Shown piece by piece: positions 1 through 7,855 of a stretch of DNA of 32,000 nucleotides (position 1 is the stretch's first letter; each line of letters starts with the position of its first letter). This DNA is from Desulfocapsa sulfexigens DSM 10523 (GTDB taxonomy: Bacteria > Desulfobacterota > Desulfobulbia > Desulfobulbales > Desulfocapsaceae): contig NC_020304.1 in NCBI RefSeq assembly GCF_000341395.1, positions 2,610,001-2,642,000 on the forward strand, read 5' to 3'. A program made the position numbers and the translations under genes. The notes below the pieces were generated by a model. The model did no database searches, was not told where the DNA came from, and worked only from the letters and a program-made list of their open reading frames with translations.

Positions 1-1076
1 ATGATGAATTGCTCGTAAATATCAATAAAGCGGTTCACCATTATGCTCTTCTTCGCGAAAACAGCAGGCTGCGCCAGGAGATGCTGGAGCGTACCGGTTA
101 TTCCGGAATGGTGGGAAAGAGCAGACATATGCAGCAGATGTACGAGTTGATTGAAAAGGTGGCCCCCACACCATCTTCGGTTTTGATTACCGGGGAGAGT
201 GGTACCGGTAAGGAACTGGTGGCTAAGGCGATTCACTATAACAGCCCTCGTGCCGACAAGCCTTTTATCACTGTAAACTGTGCGGCCCTTGCCGAGAACC
301 TTCTTGAGAGTGAGCTGTTTGGACATGAAAAAGGTGCCTTTACCGGTGCTGTGGCCATGCGTAAGGGACGTTTTGAACTGGCAGATGGTGGTACACTTTT
401 TCTGGATGAAATCGGAGAGATTCCACTGGCTCTCCAGGCAAAACTACTCCGTGCCATTCAGGAAAAATGTTTTGAACGGGTCGGTGGTACCAATACATTG
501 CATGTTGATGTACGAATAGTCAGTGCTACCAACCGGGAAATACGGGAAGAAGTAAGCAGTGGAAATTTCCGCGAAGATCTGTACTATCGTCTGAATGTCA
601 TTCACCTGGCATTACCAGCCCTGAGAGAACGTCAGGATGATATTCCCTTGCTGGTGAACTACTTTGTAAAATCTGTGACCGATCGTCTTGGAAAAAAAGA
701 TCTCAGCATCACCAAGGAGGCCATGCGTCTTCTTGTGAGTCTTCCCTGGGAGGGAAATGTCAGAGAGCTCGAGAATACAATAGAGCGCGCCGCTATTCTC
801 TGTGATGATAATGAAATCAGAGCGGATGATGTACAGCCGGAATCACTCGGCAATGACAAACAGAAGGTCTTTGGTCGCGATCTTGATCTCAGTAAAGTCA
901 TTCCCCCTGGTGCTGGACTTAATGATGTCCTCTATGCCATAGAGGACAGAATGCTGAACCAGGCACTGGATGAGACCGGGCATGTTCAGGCCAGAGCTGC
1001 CGAGATGTTGGGGATTACCAAGAGTTTGTTACAGTATAAAATGAAAAAATATGGAATTAAAAAGAAGAAAGGGTGA
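1..1076 (+). CDS. Sigma-54-dependent transcriptional activator (NtrC/Fis family), 5'-truncated by the window edge
   Basis: Frame 3 is open from base 3 with no stop before the track's TTG at 9, so the N-terminal sensor/receiver part lies upstream. AAA+ sigma-54 interaction domain: Walker [15 protein letters not shown] loop (EKGAFTGA), Walker [13 protein letters not shown]-terminal Fis-type HTH ([21 protein letters not shown]). Confidence 0.9.
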   Translation, partial: DELLVNINKAVHHYALLRENSRLRQEMLERTGYSGMVGKSRHMQQMYELIEKVAPTPSSVLITGESGTGKELVAKAIHYNSPRADKPFITVNCAALAENLLESELFGHEKGAFTGAVAMRKGRFELADGGTLFLDEIGEIPLALQAKLLRAIQEKCFERVGGTNTLHVDVRIVSATNREIREEVSSGNFREDLYYRLNVIHLALPALRERQDDIPLLVNYFVKSVTDRLGKKDLSITKEAMRLLVSLPWEGNVRELENTIERAAILCDDNEIRADDVQPESLGNDKQKVFGRDLDLSKVIPPGAGLNDVLYAIEDRMLNQALDETGHVQARAAEMLGITKSLLQYKMKKYGIKKKKG

Positions 1077-1103
1077 GGGCGCAATCTGGGGTCACCCGGT
1101 TTC

Positions 1104-1958
1104 TCATCTCATGCCCCAATGCAGCTTATTGCGCAGGATTGCAAAATAATCGCGATCCGGAGAAATAATGAGGCGCAGGCAGTGTTTTGCTGCCTCAATC
1201 TCAAGAGTGTCCTTTTCATCCATGTCCCAGACCGGCTGTCCGTCAACAATGATTTGAGCCTTATAGGAACGTCCGGCTTCAAGGTATGTCCGCAGCCGGC
1301 TGTGTGCGGGCAACAGCATGGGCCGGGATCCAAGCATAAATGGGCAGATGGGAGTTACCAGCATGGTGGCCACTCCCGGATATACCAGGGGGCCGCCGGC
1401 GGAAAGGTTATACGCCGTTGATCCGGTGGGGGTGGAGAAGATAAGGCCGTCTGCCTTATAGGTTGTGATGTATTCCTGATCCGCCCGTGTTGAAAGCTCA
1501 AGAACCCGGTCAGTTGTTCCTTTATTGATGACAACATCGTTTAATGCGTATCGGGAATTTCCTGTTTTGCCGTCTTTATTGAGCGATGCCTTCAGCATCA
1601 TCCGATTTTCAATGGTAACTGCCCCGGCTATCAGCTCATCCACCGCTGCAAATGCCTCTTCCTCGGTTCTCTCCGTTAGAAACCCAAGATATCCCATGTT
1701 AATTCCAAGCACCGGAACGGAGTAACGCGCGGCCTGGTCGGCGACGTGCAAAAGAGTGCCGTCACCTCCGACGACAATAAGGACATCGAGATCGTCACTG
1801 AAGCCGTCGATGGTAACCGCAATACCGTGTTTTGCCAGTTTTTTTGCAATCTTCTGAGCAAGCTCAGCTGCGGGGGAATAGTTCTTTTTTAAGACGATTC
1901 CAGCATGCCTGAGTGAAAGAGTGAGGTTTGTGCGAAAGGCTTCTGAAAGTTGAGTCAT
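1104..1958 (-). CDS. nadK: NAD+ kinase
   Basis: 284 aa with the NAD kinase signatures VVGGDGTLL, GINMGYLGFL and ADGLIFSTPTGSTAYNLSAGGPLV. Its start lies 1 nt downstream of the proC stop, so the two are co-transcribed. Confidence 0.9.
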   Translation of the reverse strand: MTQLSEAFRTNLTLSLRHAGIVLKKNYSPAAELAQKIAKKLAKHGIAVTIDGFSDDLDVLIVVGGDGTLLHVADQAARYSVPVLGINMGYLGFLTERTEEEAFAAVDELIAGAVTIENRMMLKASLNKDGKTGNSRYALNDVVINKGTTDRVLELSTRADQEYITTYKADGLIFSTPTGSTAYNLSAGGPLVYPGVATMLVTPICPFMLGSRPMLLPAHSRLRTYLEAGRSYKAQIIVDGQPVWDMDEKDTLEIEAAKHCLRLIISPDRDYFAILRNKLHWGMR

Positions 1959-1959
1959 A

Positions 1960-2775
1960 TCAGTCAGTTTTCCCGAGCTCTTTGGAGCGGTTGACTGCGG
2001 CTTCTATGGCATCCATAACGATTCCCTTGAATCCGCTGCGTTCAAGAATGTGTTGTGCAGCAATCGTGGTTCCACCCGGGGATGTGACCATGGCTCGTAA
2101 TTCGGCAGGATGCTTTTTGCTCTCAATGAGAAGTTTTACGGAGCCCAGAATAGTTTGGAGGGCAAGTGTTTCGGCTGTGGGTCTCGGCAGTCCTGCCTTG
2201 ATTCCCGCGTCTATCATGGCATCTGCAAAGGTGAAAACATAGGCGGGTCCTGATCCCGAAAGTCCGGTTACAGCATCAAGTAATGACTCATCGAGGGGGA
2301 CGGATTTTCCGATTTTGTTCAGGATTTCCTCACAACGGAGCAGGTCGTCGGGGCCTGTGTTTTTATTGCCACTGAAACCCGATGCGGCTTCGAGAATCAG
2401 GGCAGGAGTGTTTGGCATGACCCGTATGATTTTACAGTCATCACGCCCAAGTGCCTGTTCGTAGAAGGAGATAGGAAGGCCGGCTGCAATGGTGATAATC
2501 AGATGGTCGGGGCTGACAAAGTCTTTACTTGCAGCGAGGACCTTCGCCATGATCTGAGGTTTTACGGCAAGAAGTATAGTAGCAGAGTTTTTCCAGAGTT
2601 GTTCACTGTTGGCAAATCCCTGAATGCCGTAAGTGTCAGAGATATAAGTACGGCGTTCTTGGTTTGGCTCTGCAACGGATATCGCATTGGCCTGGTAAAG
2701 ACCGGAGTCAATAAGTCCGCGAATCAGGGCTTCACCCATTTGCCCGCCACCAATAAATCCAATTGTATGTTTCAT
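1960..2775 (-). CDS. proC: Pyrroline-5-carboxylate reductase
   Basis: 271 aa. N-terminal Rossmann motif IGFIGGGQMGEAL, then RVMPNTPALI, GSGPAYVF and VTSPGGTT, all typical of ProC. Confidence 0.92.
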   Translation of the reverse strand: MKHTIGFIGGGQMGEALIRGLIDSGLYQANAISVAEPNQERRTYISDTYGIQGFANSEQLWKNSATILLAVKPQIMAKVLAASKDFVSPDHLIITIAAGLPISFYEQALGRDDCKIIRVMPNTPALILEAASGFSGNKNTGPDDLLRCEEILNKIGKSVPLDESLLDAVTGLSGSGPAYVFTFADAMIDAGIKAGLPRPTAETLALQTILGSVKLLIESKKHPAELRAMVTSPGGTTIAAQHILERSGFKGIVMDAIEAAVNRSKELGKTD

Positions 2776-2951
2776 AATGTTGTCCTTTGAGTCTGAAGAA
2801 TTTTTTGGAATGTACCACGTCTTCGTTTAACAGTCTACAGAGGAAAAGGTAGCCTTTTATTCGAGATGAAATCTCTGGTAATTCATGCTAAGAGTAGTTC
2901 TTTAGATAAATAATTATATATTTCTATTATTCTTACTGGGAGTGTTTGCAA

Positions 2952-3389
2952 ATGAAAAAAATTCTTGTGGCTGTCTGTTCGTTGATGATACTGGCTGGTC
3001 AGAGTTTTGGCGGCTGCGTTGAGGGTGATTGCGTGAATGGTGATGGAACCTATGAGTGGTCAGATGGGACACGCTATACAGGAAGTATACGCAATAAGGC
3101 CCCAGATGGGAGAGGATCCATGCTCTATCCTGACGGCGGCGAATATACAGGAGAGATGAAGGCTGGAGAGCGCAGTGGAAAAGGGGATATGAAATTTCCT
3201 GACGGGAAAATATATAAGGGTGAGTGGGCCAATAATCTGATGAATGGCCAGGGAACCATGGACTGGCTCGATGGCAGGAAATATACAGGGGAATGGCTGG
3301 ATGGTATGCAACATGGTCAGGGACGCTTAAGTTACCCCGACGGAAAGGTGAAGGAAGGTGAGTGGGAAGATGGTGATCTGCTCGATTGA
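2952..3389 (+). CDS. Secreted (possibly lipid-anchored) MORN-repeat protein
   Basis: Signal peptide MKKILVAVCSLMILAGQSFGGC followed by tandem 23-aa MORN units: YTGSIRNKAPDGRGSMLYPDGGE, YTGEMKAGERSGKGDMKFPDGKI, YKGEWANNLMNGQGTMDWLDGRK, YTGEWLDGMQHGQGRLSYPDGKV, KEGEWEDG. The ATG at 2952, preceded by GGGAG, is preferred over the track's TTG at 2946. Confidence 0.75.
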   Translation: MKKILVAVCSLMILAGQSFGGCVEGDCVNGDGTYEWSDGTRYTGSIRNKAPDGRGSMLYPDGGEYTGEMKAGERSGKGDMKFPDGKIYKGEWANNLMNGQGTMDWLDGRKYTGEWLDGMQHGQGRLSYPDGKVKEGEWEDGDLLD

Positions 3390-3440
3390 AAAGAAATAGT
3401 TTTAGAAGAACAAAGGACAAGTAGTCATGGAGAAAGAGTA

Positions 3441-3617
3441 ATGATTAGTCAGGAACTACTGGATATTCTAGCCTGCCCTAAATGTAAGGAAGCTGTGGTG
3501 TTGAATGAGACAAAGGATGGACTCCTGTGTGAAAAATGCGGCCTGCTTTATGAAATAAGGGATGATATCCCGGTGATGCTTATCGATGAGGCAGTGCCTC
3601 TTGCACCGAAGGAATAA
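3441..3617 (+). CDS. Trm112/UPF0434 (YcaR-like) small zinc-ribbon protein
   Basis: Absent from the ORF track because it is 58 aa. My translation is MISQELLDILACPKCKEAVVLNETKDGLLCEKCGLLYEIRDDIPVMLIDEAVPLAPKE. It has the CPxC...CxxC pattern and the IRDDIPVML signature of the Trm112p-like family. GGAG lies 8 nt upstream of the ATG. The stop is 12 nt before the MscS start. Confidence 0.75.
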   Translation: MISQELLDILACPKCKEAVVLNETKDGLLCEKCGLLYEIRDDIPVMLIDEAVPLAPKE

Positions 3618-3629
3618 ATACCAGCTATT

Positions 3630-4718
3630 ATGGAACTCACTTTTTTTTCCCAGCTCGACTCTTTTCTTCGTGGATTTCCACTCCTCCATGAATATGACCT
3701 GCTTGAGAGGTTGGTCATCGTCTGTATCTATGCCGTACTTGCAAAGGTTTTTGATCTGTTGCTTATACGCTCCCTGCGAAAGCTGGCAAAGAAAACCAGG
3801 ATGCATTTCGATGATTTTCTGGTCGATTTTTTTCACAGACCCTTTCTTGCCACCGTCATTCTTATAGGAGTCCTCCATGCCTGCTCGGTGGAACCGGCAC
3901 TTCCACAATCAGCTGCATGGATAATTCCCAACGGAAGTAAAACACTTATCCTTATGGTCTGGTGTGCTGCTCTCTCCAGAAGTCTCAGTAGAACCAGTCT
4001 TGAAGCAGCGAGCAGGATACTTGGAGGGAGGCATATTGATCCTGATATATTCCTTCTTTTTAAAAATGTTTCAAGGATTCTTGTCCTGTTCTTTACCATC
4101 CTGTGGATTCTCCTTATCTGGCAGGTAAATCTTTCCCCTCTTTTTGCATCAGCGGGAATAGTAGGAATCGCCATAGCTCTTGCCGCCAAGGATACACTGG
4201 CCAATTTTTTTGGTGGCATTTCCGTTTTTATGGATCGGGCGTATAAGGTTGGTGAGTATATTATTATTGAGTCCGGTGAGCGCGGTGAGGTCGTGGAGGT
4301 TGGTATCCGGTCAACAAAGATTCTGACTCGTGATGATGTTATGATTACTGTTCCAAACGGTATTATGGCCAATTCAAAGATCATCAATGAATCTGCACCC
4401 CAACCGAGATTCAGGATACGTCTCGATATTGGTGTTGCCTACGGGACGGATCTTGACATGGTGGAAAATCTGCTTTTGCGGGTTGCCGATGAAAACAATC
4501 AGGTGGTGAAGCAACCTGCACCACGGGTAAGGCTGAGAGCATTCGGGGATTCCGCTGTGAACTTTCAGCTACTTCTCTGGGTTCGAGACCCCCGGGAAAA
4601 AGGGCGACAGACCCATCTGCTGTTAAAGGAGGTATATCGCGTCTTTAACGAGAATAATGTGTCCATACCCTTTCCACAGCGTGATGTGTATCTCAGGGAG
4701 CAGAAAGTAGAGAGTTGA
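3630..4718 (+). CDS. Small-conductance mechanosensitive channel (MscS family)
   Basis: 362 aa. N-terminal TM helices, then the MscS pore-helix/beta-domain signature AAKDTLANFFGGISVFMDRAYKVGEYIIIESGERGEVVEVGIRSTKILTRDDVMITVPNGIMANSKIINES. Confidence 0.88.
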   Translation: MELTFFSQLDSFLRGFPLLHEYDLLERLVIVCIYAVLAKVFDLLLIRSLRKLAKKTRMHFDDFLVDFFHRPFLATVILIGVLHACSVEPALPQSAAWIIPNGSKTLILMVWCAALSRSLSRTSLEAASRILGGRHIDPDIFLLFKNVSRILVLFFTILWILLIWQVNLSPLFASAGIVGIAIALAAKDTLANFFGGISVFMDRAYKVGEYIIIESGERGEVVEVGIRSTKILTRDDVMITVPNGIMANSKIINESAPQPRFRIRLDIGVAYGTDLDMVENLLLRVADENNQVVKQPAPRVRLRAFGDSAVNFQLLLWVRDPREKGRQTHLLLKEVYRVFNENNVSIPFPQRDVYLREQKVES

Positions 4719-4721
4719 AAC

Positions 4722-6308
4722 TTATCCCTCAATCGCTGCTTTCTTTTTCTGCAGGACCTGTAAGACTATTGCAAGTCCTGCGGAGAGCAGGCAGAGAATT
4801 GCGGCAAGGGTGAATGCCGCAGCATAGCTGCCAGTCATAACTTTTGCAAAATTTCCAGCTGCAATGCCGACCACCCCGGCAATTCCATAGGACGTAAAAA
4901 CCCAGCCATAATTGGCACCAAGGTTTTTGGCGCCAAAAAAGTCTGCGGTGGCGGAAGGGAACAGGGCGAAATTTCCCCCAAAATTAAACCCGACCAATGC
5001 GGCGCCAATGCTCAGCGATGCCTCTGTCTTCATTCCAGCGAGGAAAAACATAATGCCTGCCTGAAGAAGAAACATAGCAACAAAAGCAGCGGTACGGCCA
5101 ATCCGATCTGAGATAAACCCCCAGACTATCCTGCCAACTGCGTTAAATATTGCCAGTAGGCCAACCGCCAGAGAGCCTTTCAACATTAACGCGCTTATTT
5201 CAGAAGCATTTAAGGCAGCTCCCGTCTCCATGGCCGCACTTACCAGTTGTTCTCCGGCAAAGACTTTGATAATTCCAATGACCATGAGTCCTGCCATGGC
5301 ACCACTGAAAAACATCAACCAGAGGAGATAAAACGCGGGATCTTTAAGAGTTTGCTGCCATTTTGAATCTGCCAAAGCAGTTTTTTTTGCTGCGGGGTGT
5401 GTTGATGGAGGGTTGGAAAGAAGAAGTGCACCGGCAGTAACGCCGACTATACAGATAATCCCGTGTATAATAAAGAAGGGAAATATTCCCTGTTTCCCGA
5501 TATAGCCAAGTGCTCCCCATTTCTGGCTGAAGAGATAGGCGCCAAGACCAAATCCGGCAACAGCAATGCCACTTACCAAACCTTTGTGATCCGGGAACCA
5601 TTTCATCAAAGCTGCAATGGGACAGACATAGGCAAAGCCGATTCCGGCCCCGGCCATAAAACCGATAGTCCCCCACAGCAGAAGAAGCCTGTCCATTTCT
5701 GCAACCTTGCCGACGTACTGGTTTCCGAGCATGACACTGGCAACAATGCAGGTGGTCATTATACCCATGGGAGCGTAACGGACTATAACCGATTCCTCAT
5801 GGGCGTGACCAAAAAAAGTGTGAAAAAGCATAAGGATGAGCAATGTTACAATACCTGCGAAAAAGGCATGGGCCAGGTAAAAAACAATGGCGTTTGTCAT
5901 CAGACCGGCATAGATGAAACCGCTACCCATCAGAAGTCCACCGATAATTGCGGGAACTCTTGGACCCTGAATATCCTGAACCCGTCCCGCAATGACCATG
6001 ACGGCAGCAAAGCTTAAAATACAGATTGAGAAGGCATATTTTAGTATGCCCTGCTGCTTTGCCAGCTCTATCTTGACTGCGGTGGTGTCTGCAACAACAA
6101 TGGTGTCTTCTACAAAAGTCCCGTCATTGATTTGAAATGTTTGCTGCGCTTCTGTGATGATGGGTGGAAAAATGTTGGAGGTCAGTGGCTCCCAGAATAT
6201 AGAGTAGCCGTAGACCGTACCGAGTATAAGTTGAACCAGGATTGCTCCAATCAAAACCTGAAAACGTTTTCCTTTGCCAGCTGAAGCAACGGTGCAGTGA
6301 GTTTCCAT
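4722..6308 (-). CDS. MFS transporter, oxalate/formate antiporter (OFA)-like
   Basis: Polytopic membrane protein of about 12 TM segments. OFA-like N-terminus (GTVYGYSIFWEPL ... GRVQDIQGPRV) and a second-half ISDRIGR motif. The ATG at 6308 (METHCTV) has GGAGGA 6 nt upstream, so it is preferred over the track's start at 6350. Confidence 0.75.
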   Translation of the reverse strand: METHCTVASAGKGKRFQVLIGAILVQLILGTVYGYSIFWEPLTSNIFPPIITEAQQTFQINDGTFVEDTIVVADTTAVKIELAKQQGILKYAFSICILSFAAVMVIAGRVQDIQGPRVPAIIGGLLMGSGFIYAGLMTNAIVFYLAHAFFAGIVTLLILMLFHTFFGHAHEESVIVRYAPMGIMTTCIVASVMLGNQYVGKVAEMDRLLLLWGTIGFMAGAGIGFAYVCPIAALMKWFPDHKGLVSGIAVAGFGLGAYLFSQKWGALGYIGKQGIFPFFIIHGIICIVGVTAGALLLSNPPSTHPAAKKTALADSKWQQTLKDPAFYLLWLMFFSGAMAGLMVIGIIKVFAGEQLVSAAMETGAALNASEISALMLKGSLAVGLLAIFNAVGRIVWGFISDRIGRTAAFVAMFLLQAGIMFFLAGMKTEASLSIGAALVGFNFGGNFALFPSATADFFGAKNLGANYGWVFTSYGIAGVVGIAAGNFAKVMTGSYAAAFTLAAILCLLSAGLAIVLQVLQKKKAAIEG

Positions 6309-6480
6309 GGATCTTCCTCCAGTCAGGATTAGAGTATGATTGCCATACATTTACCTGATTACCATCTAAACTCAGCTTTGCAACCCGGAGTTGTTACGTG
6401 TCAATTATATGGGACGCCATAAACCCATCCCTGGGGGCTCTGCTGTGGCCGTCCAGGCCGCAGATGCCCGTATAATCAAC

Positions 6481-6516
6481 ACGAAAAAACTCCTCCTCAG
6501 GCGGGTAGGCTGAGGA
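6481..6516 (-). terminator. Putative rho-independent terminator downstream of the AlgJ-like gene
   Basis: On the minus strand: TCCTCAG-CCTACCCGC-CTGAGGA (7-bp stem, 6494-6500/6510-6516), followed by GGAGTTTTTTCGT. The stem is modest and the T-run starts 4 nt after it. Confidence 0.4.
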
Positions 6517-6663
6517 TTAGTGATAATCAGGTACATTTATCCTCTCACACTGATAAAGAAAAAGATAATGAAATATTTTTATTCACCCTGATTCTAGGAT
6601 TTGAGGAAGTCCCTCCTGTGTTTTGTCTGATTCCTTGTCGGGTACTGCCAAATGCCTGGAAAG

Positions 6664-7851
6664 TCAGTTGTTTTTTTGATCACCCTCCGCTATTGCCGGG
6701 AGGAAACGCTGCAGGTTTCTCTCAACGAGTTCTTCAATTACAATGTCGGGTTTGTAGAGAGCCACCAGGTCTTGGAGAGTGCTTTGATTGAATAATTGCA
6801 TTGTTGCACCATTTCTATAGCGCGTTACATATAAGACTTCTCCAAAGCTTTCAGAGATATAGGGTTTGAGAATATTAAAGAAGGAGTCATGCAGAACAAG
6901 AACACGTAGTGGTCTGTCTTTTTTTATGGTGTGCAAGGTCTGCAGTAGTGGTGAAGGGATGATATCTGCAGTCTCTTTACTCAGTTTCATTGGTGTTGCA
7001 GTGAAGTCGCTGGTGTCAAGTACGGGACGTTGTTCTCTTATGGTATCCTTTCCACCCATCATTACCGCCAGGTCTCCATCGGACATATCTGCCCAATGAG
7101 GTTTTAAATGGATGTTTTTTAGTGCCTGGATTTCGGGAAAGACGATTTGGCTCCGTTCCATTACTGCCTGGTAGGCAAGGAATGCGCCATGGGCATTCCA
7201 ATGGGTGTCGCTTTTAAAGTATAGCTGAGTTTGGTCTTTTTCCCGTTGCAGGCGCGATCTGACATCAAGCAGATTCTCTCCTCCGTGGTCAGGTTTTTTC
7301 GCAAGGAGTCTGTCAAGACGGCTTGGTTTTAGAGAAGACTGGTAATGTTCTGGAAGGTACTCCGGGTAGATCGTCTGTTTATTGGGAGCAACCAGGAAAA
7401 TGTAGGCGATCCCCAATTCTTTTAACCACTTTTCCTGCTCGATTAAATGATGCCAGAATACCTTTTTTTCCTTTTCTGAGAATTGAATTTTTCCTTTAAG
7501 GTCATTCAGAATATTACCAGATGAGAGGTAGAGCCAGCCATCATTCCCTTCGACAACATCGGCTACGCCACTTATGCCAAAACGTTTTTGTGCTTCACGC
7601 TGGTAGCGGTGAATCAACCATTCGCGCAGGCCAAAATGATCCTGAAAGTAGGAGTCGAAAGAGCGGGTGAATGTGCTGATTGAGTGCAGGCTGTCTATCT
7701 TGGGAAAAGACTGTAATGTCCTTTTTTCCACATCTGAATAAAAAACATCTTTCTCAACCAGCCACAGGACAGAAGGGCTCAGCAGGGCTCCAAGGAAGAG
7801 AGCAATGATCAGAAAATCAACAAGCTTTGAAACTATCGGATTTTGGGTCAT
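6664..7851 (-). CDS. AlgJ/AlgX-type SGNH-like polysaccharide O-acetyltransferase partner protein, membrane anchored
   Basis: N-terminal TM anchor (LVDFLIIALFLGALLSPSVLWLV) and the AlgX/AlgJ catalytic signature YFKSDTHWNAHGAFLAY. The ATG at 7851 lies 4 nt after the MBOAT stop and is preferred over the overlapping track start at 7902. Confidence 0.7.
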   Translation of the reverse strand: MTQNPIVSKLVDFLIIALFLGALLSPSVLWLVEKDVFYSDVEKRTLQSFPKIDSLHSISTFTRSFDSYFQDHFGLREWLIHRYQREAQKRFGISGVADVVEGNDGWLYLSSGNILNDLKGKIQFSEKEKKVFWHHLIEQEKWLKELGIAYIFLVAPNKQTIYPEYLPEHYQSSLKPSRLDRLLAKKPDHGGENLLDVRSRLQREKDQTQLYFKSDTHWNAHGAFLAYQAVMERSQIVFPEIQALKNIHLKPHWADMSDGDLAVMMGGKDTIREQRPVLDTSDFTATPMKLSKETADIIPSPLLQTLHTIKKDRPLRVLVLHDSFFNILKPYISESFGEVLYVTRYRNGATMQLFNQSTLQDLVALYKPDIVIEELVERNLQRFLPAIAEGDQKNN

Positions 7852-7855
7852 TGTC

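Noticed and set aside
2914-3420. 168-aa minus-strand ORF covering the MORN gene, and 146-aa minus-strand ORF (3468-3908) covering Trm112 and the MscS start.
   Set aside because: The plus-strand products show a signal peptide with regular 23-aa MORN periodicity, a Trm112 zinc ribbon and MscS motifs. The antisense translations are His/Pro/Ser-rich with no domain signature.
6409-6513. 34-codon plus-strand ORF (MGRHKPIPGGSAVAVQAADARIINTKKLLLRRVG) in the MFS/AlgJ intergenic region.
   Set aside because: It has no SD and no recognisable motif. It spans the GC-rich hairpin and the terminator stem, so the open frame is most simply a by-product of structured non-coding DNA.
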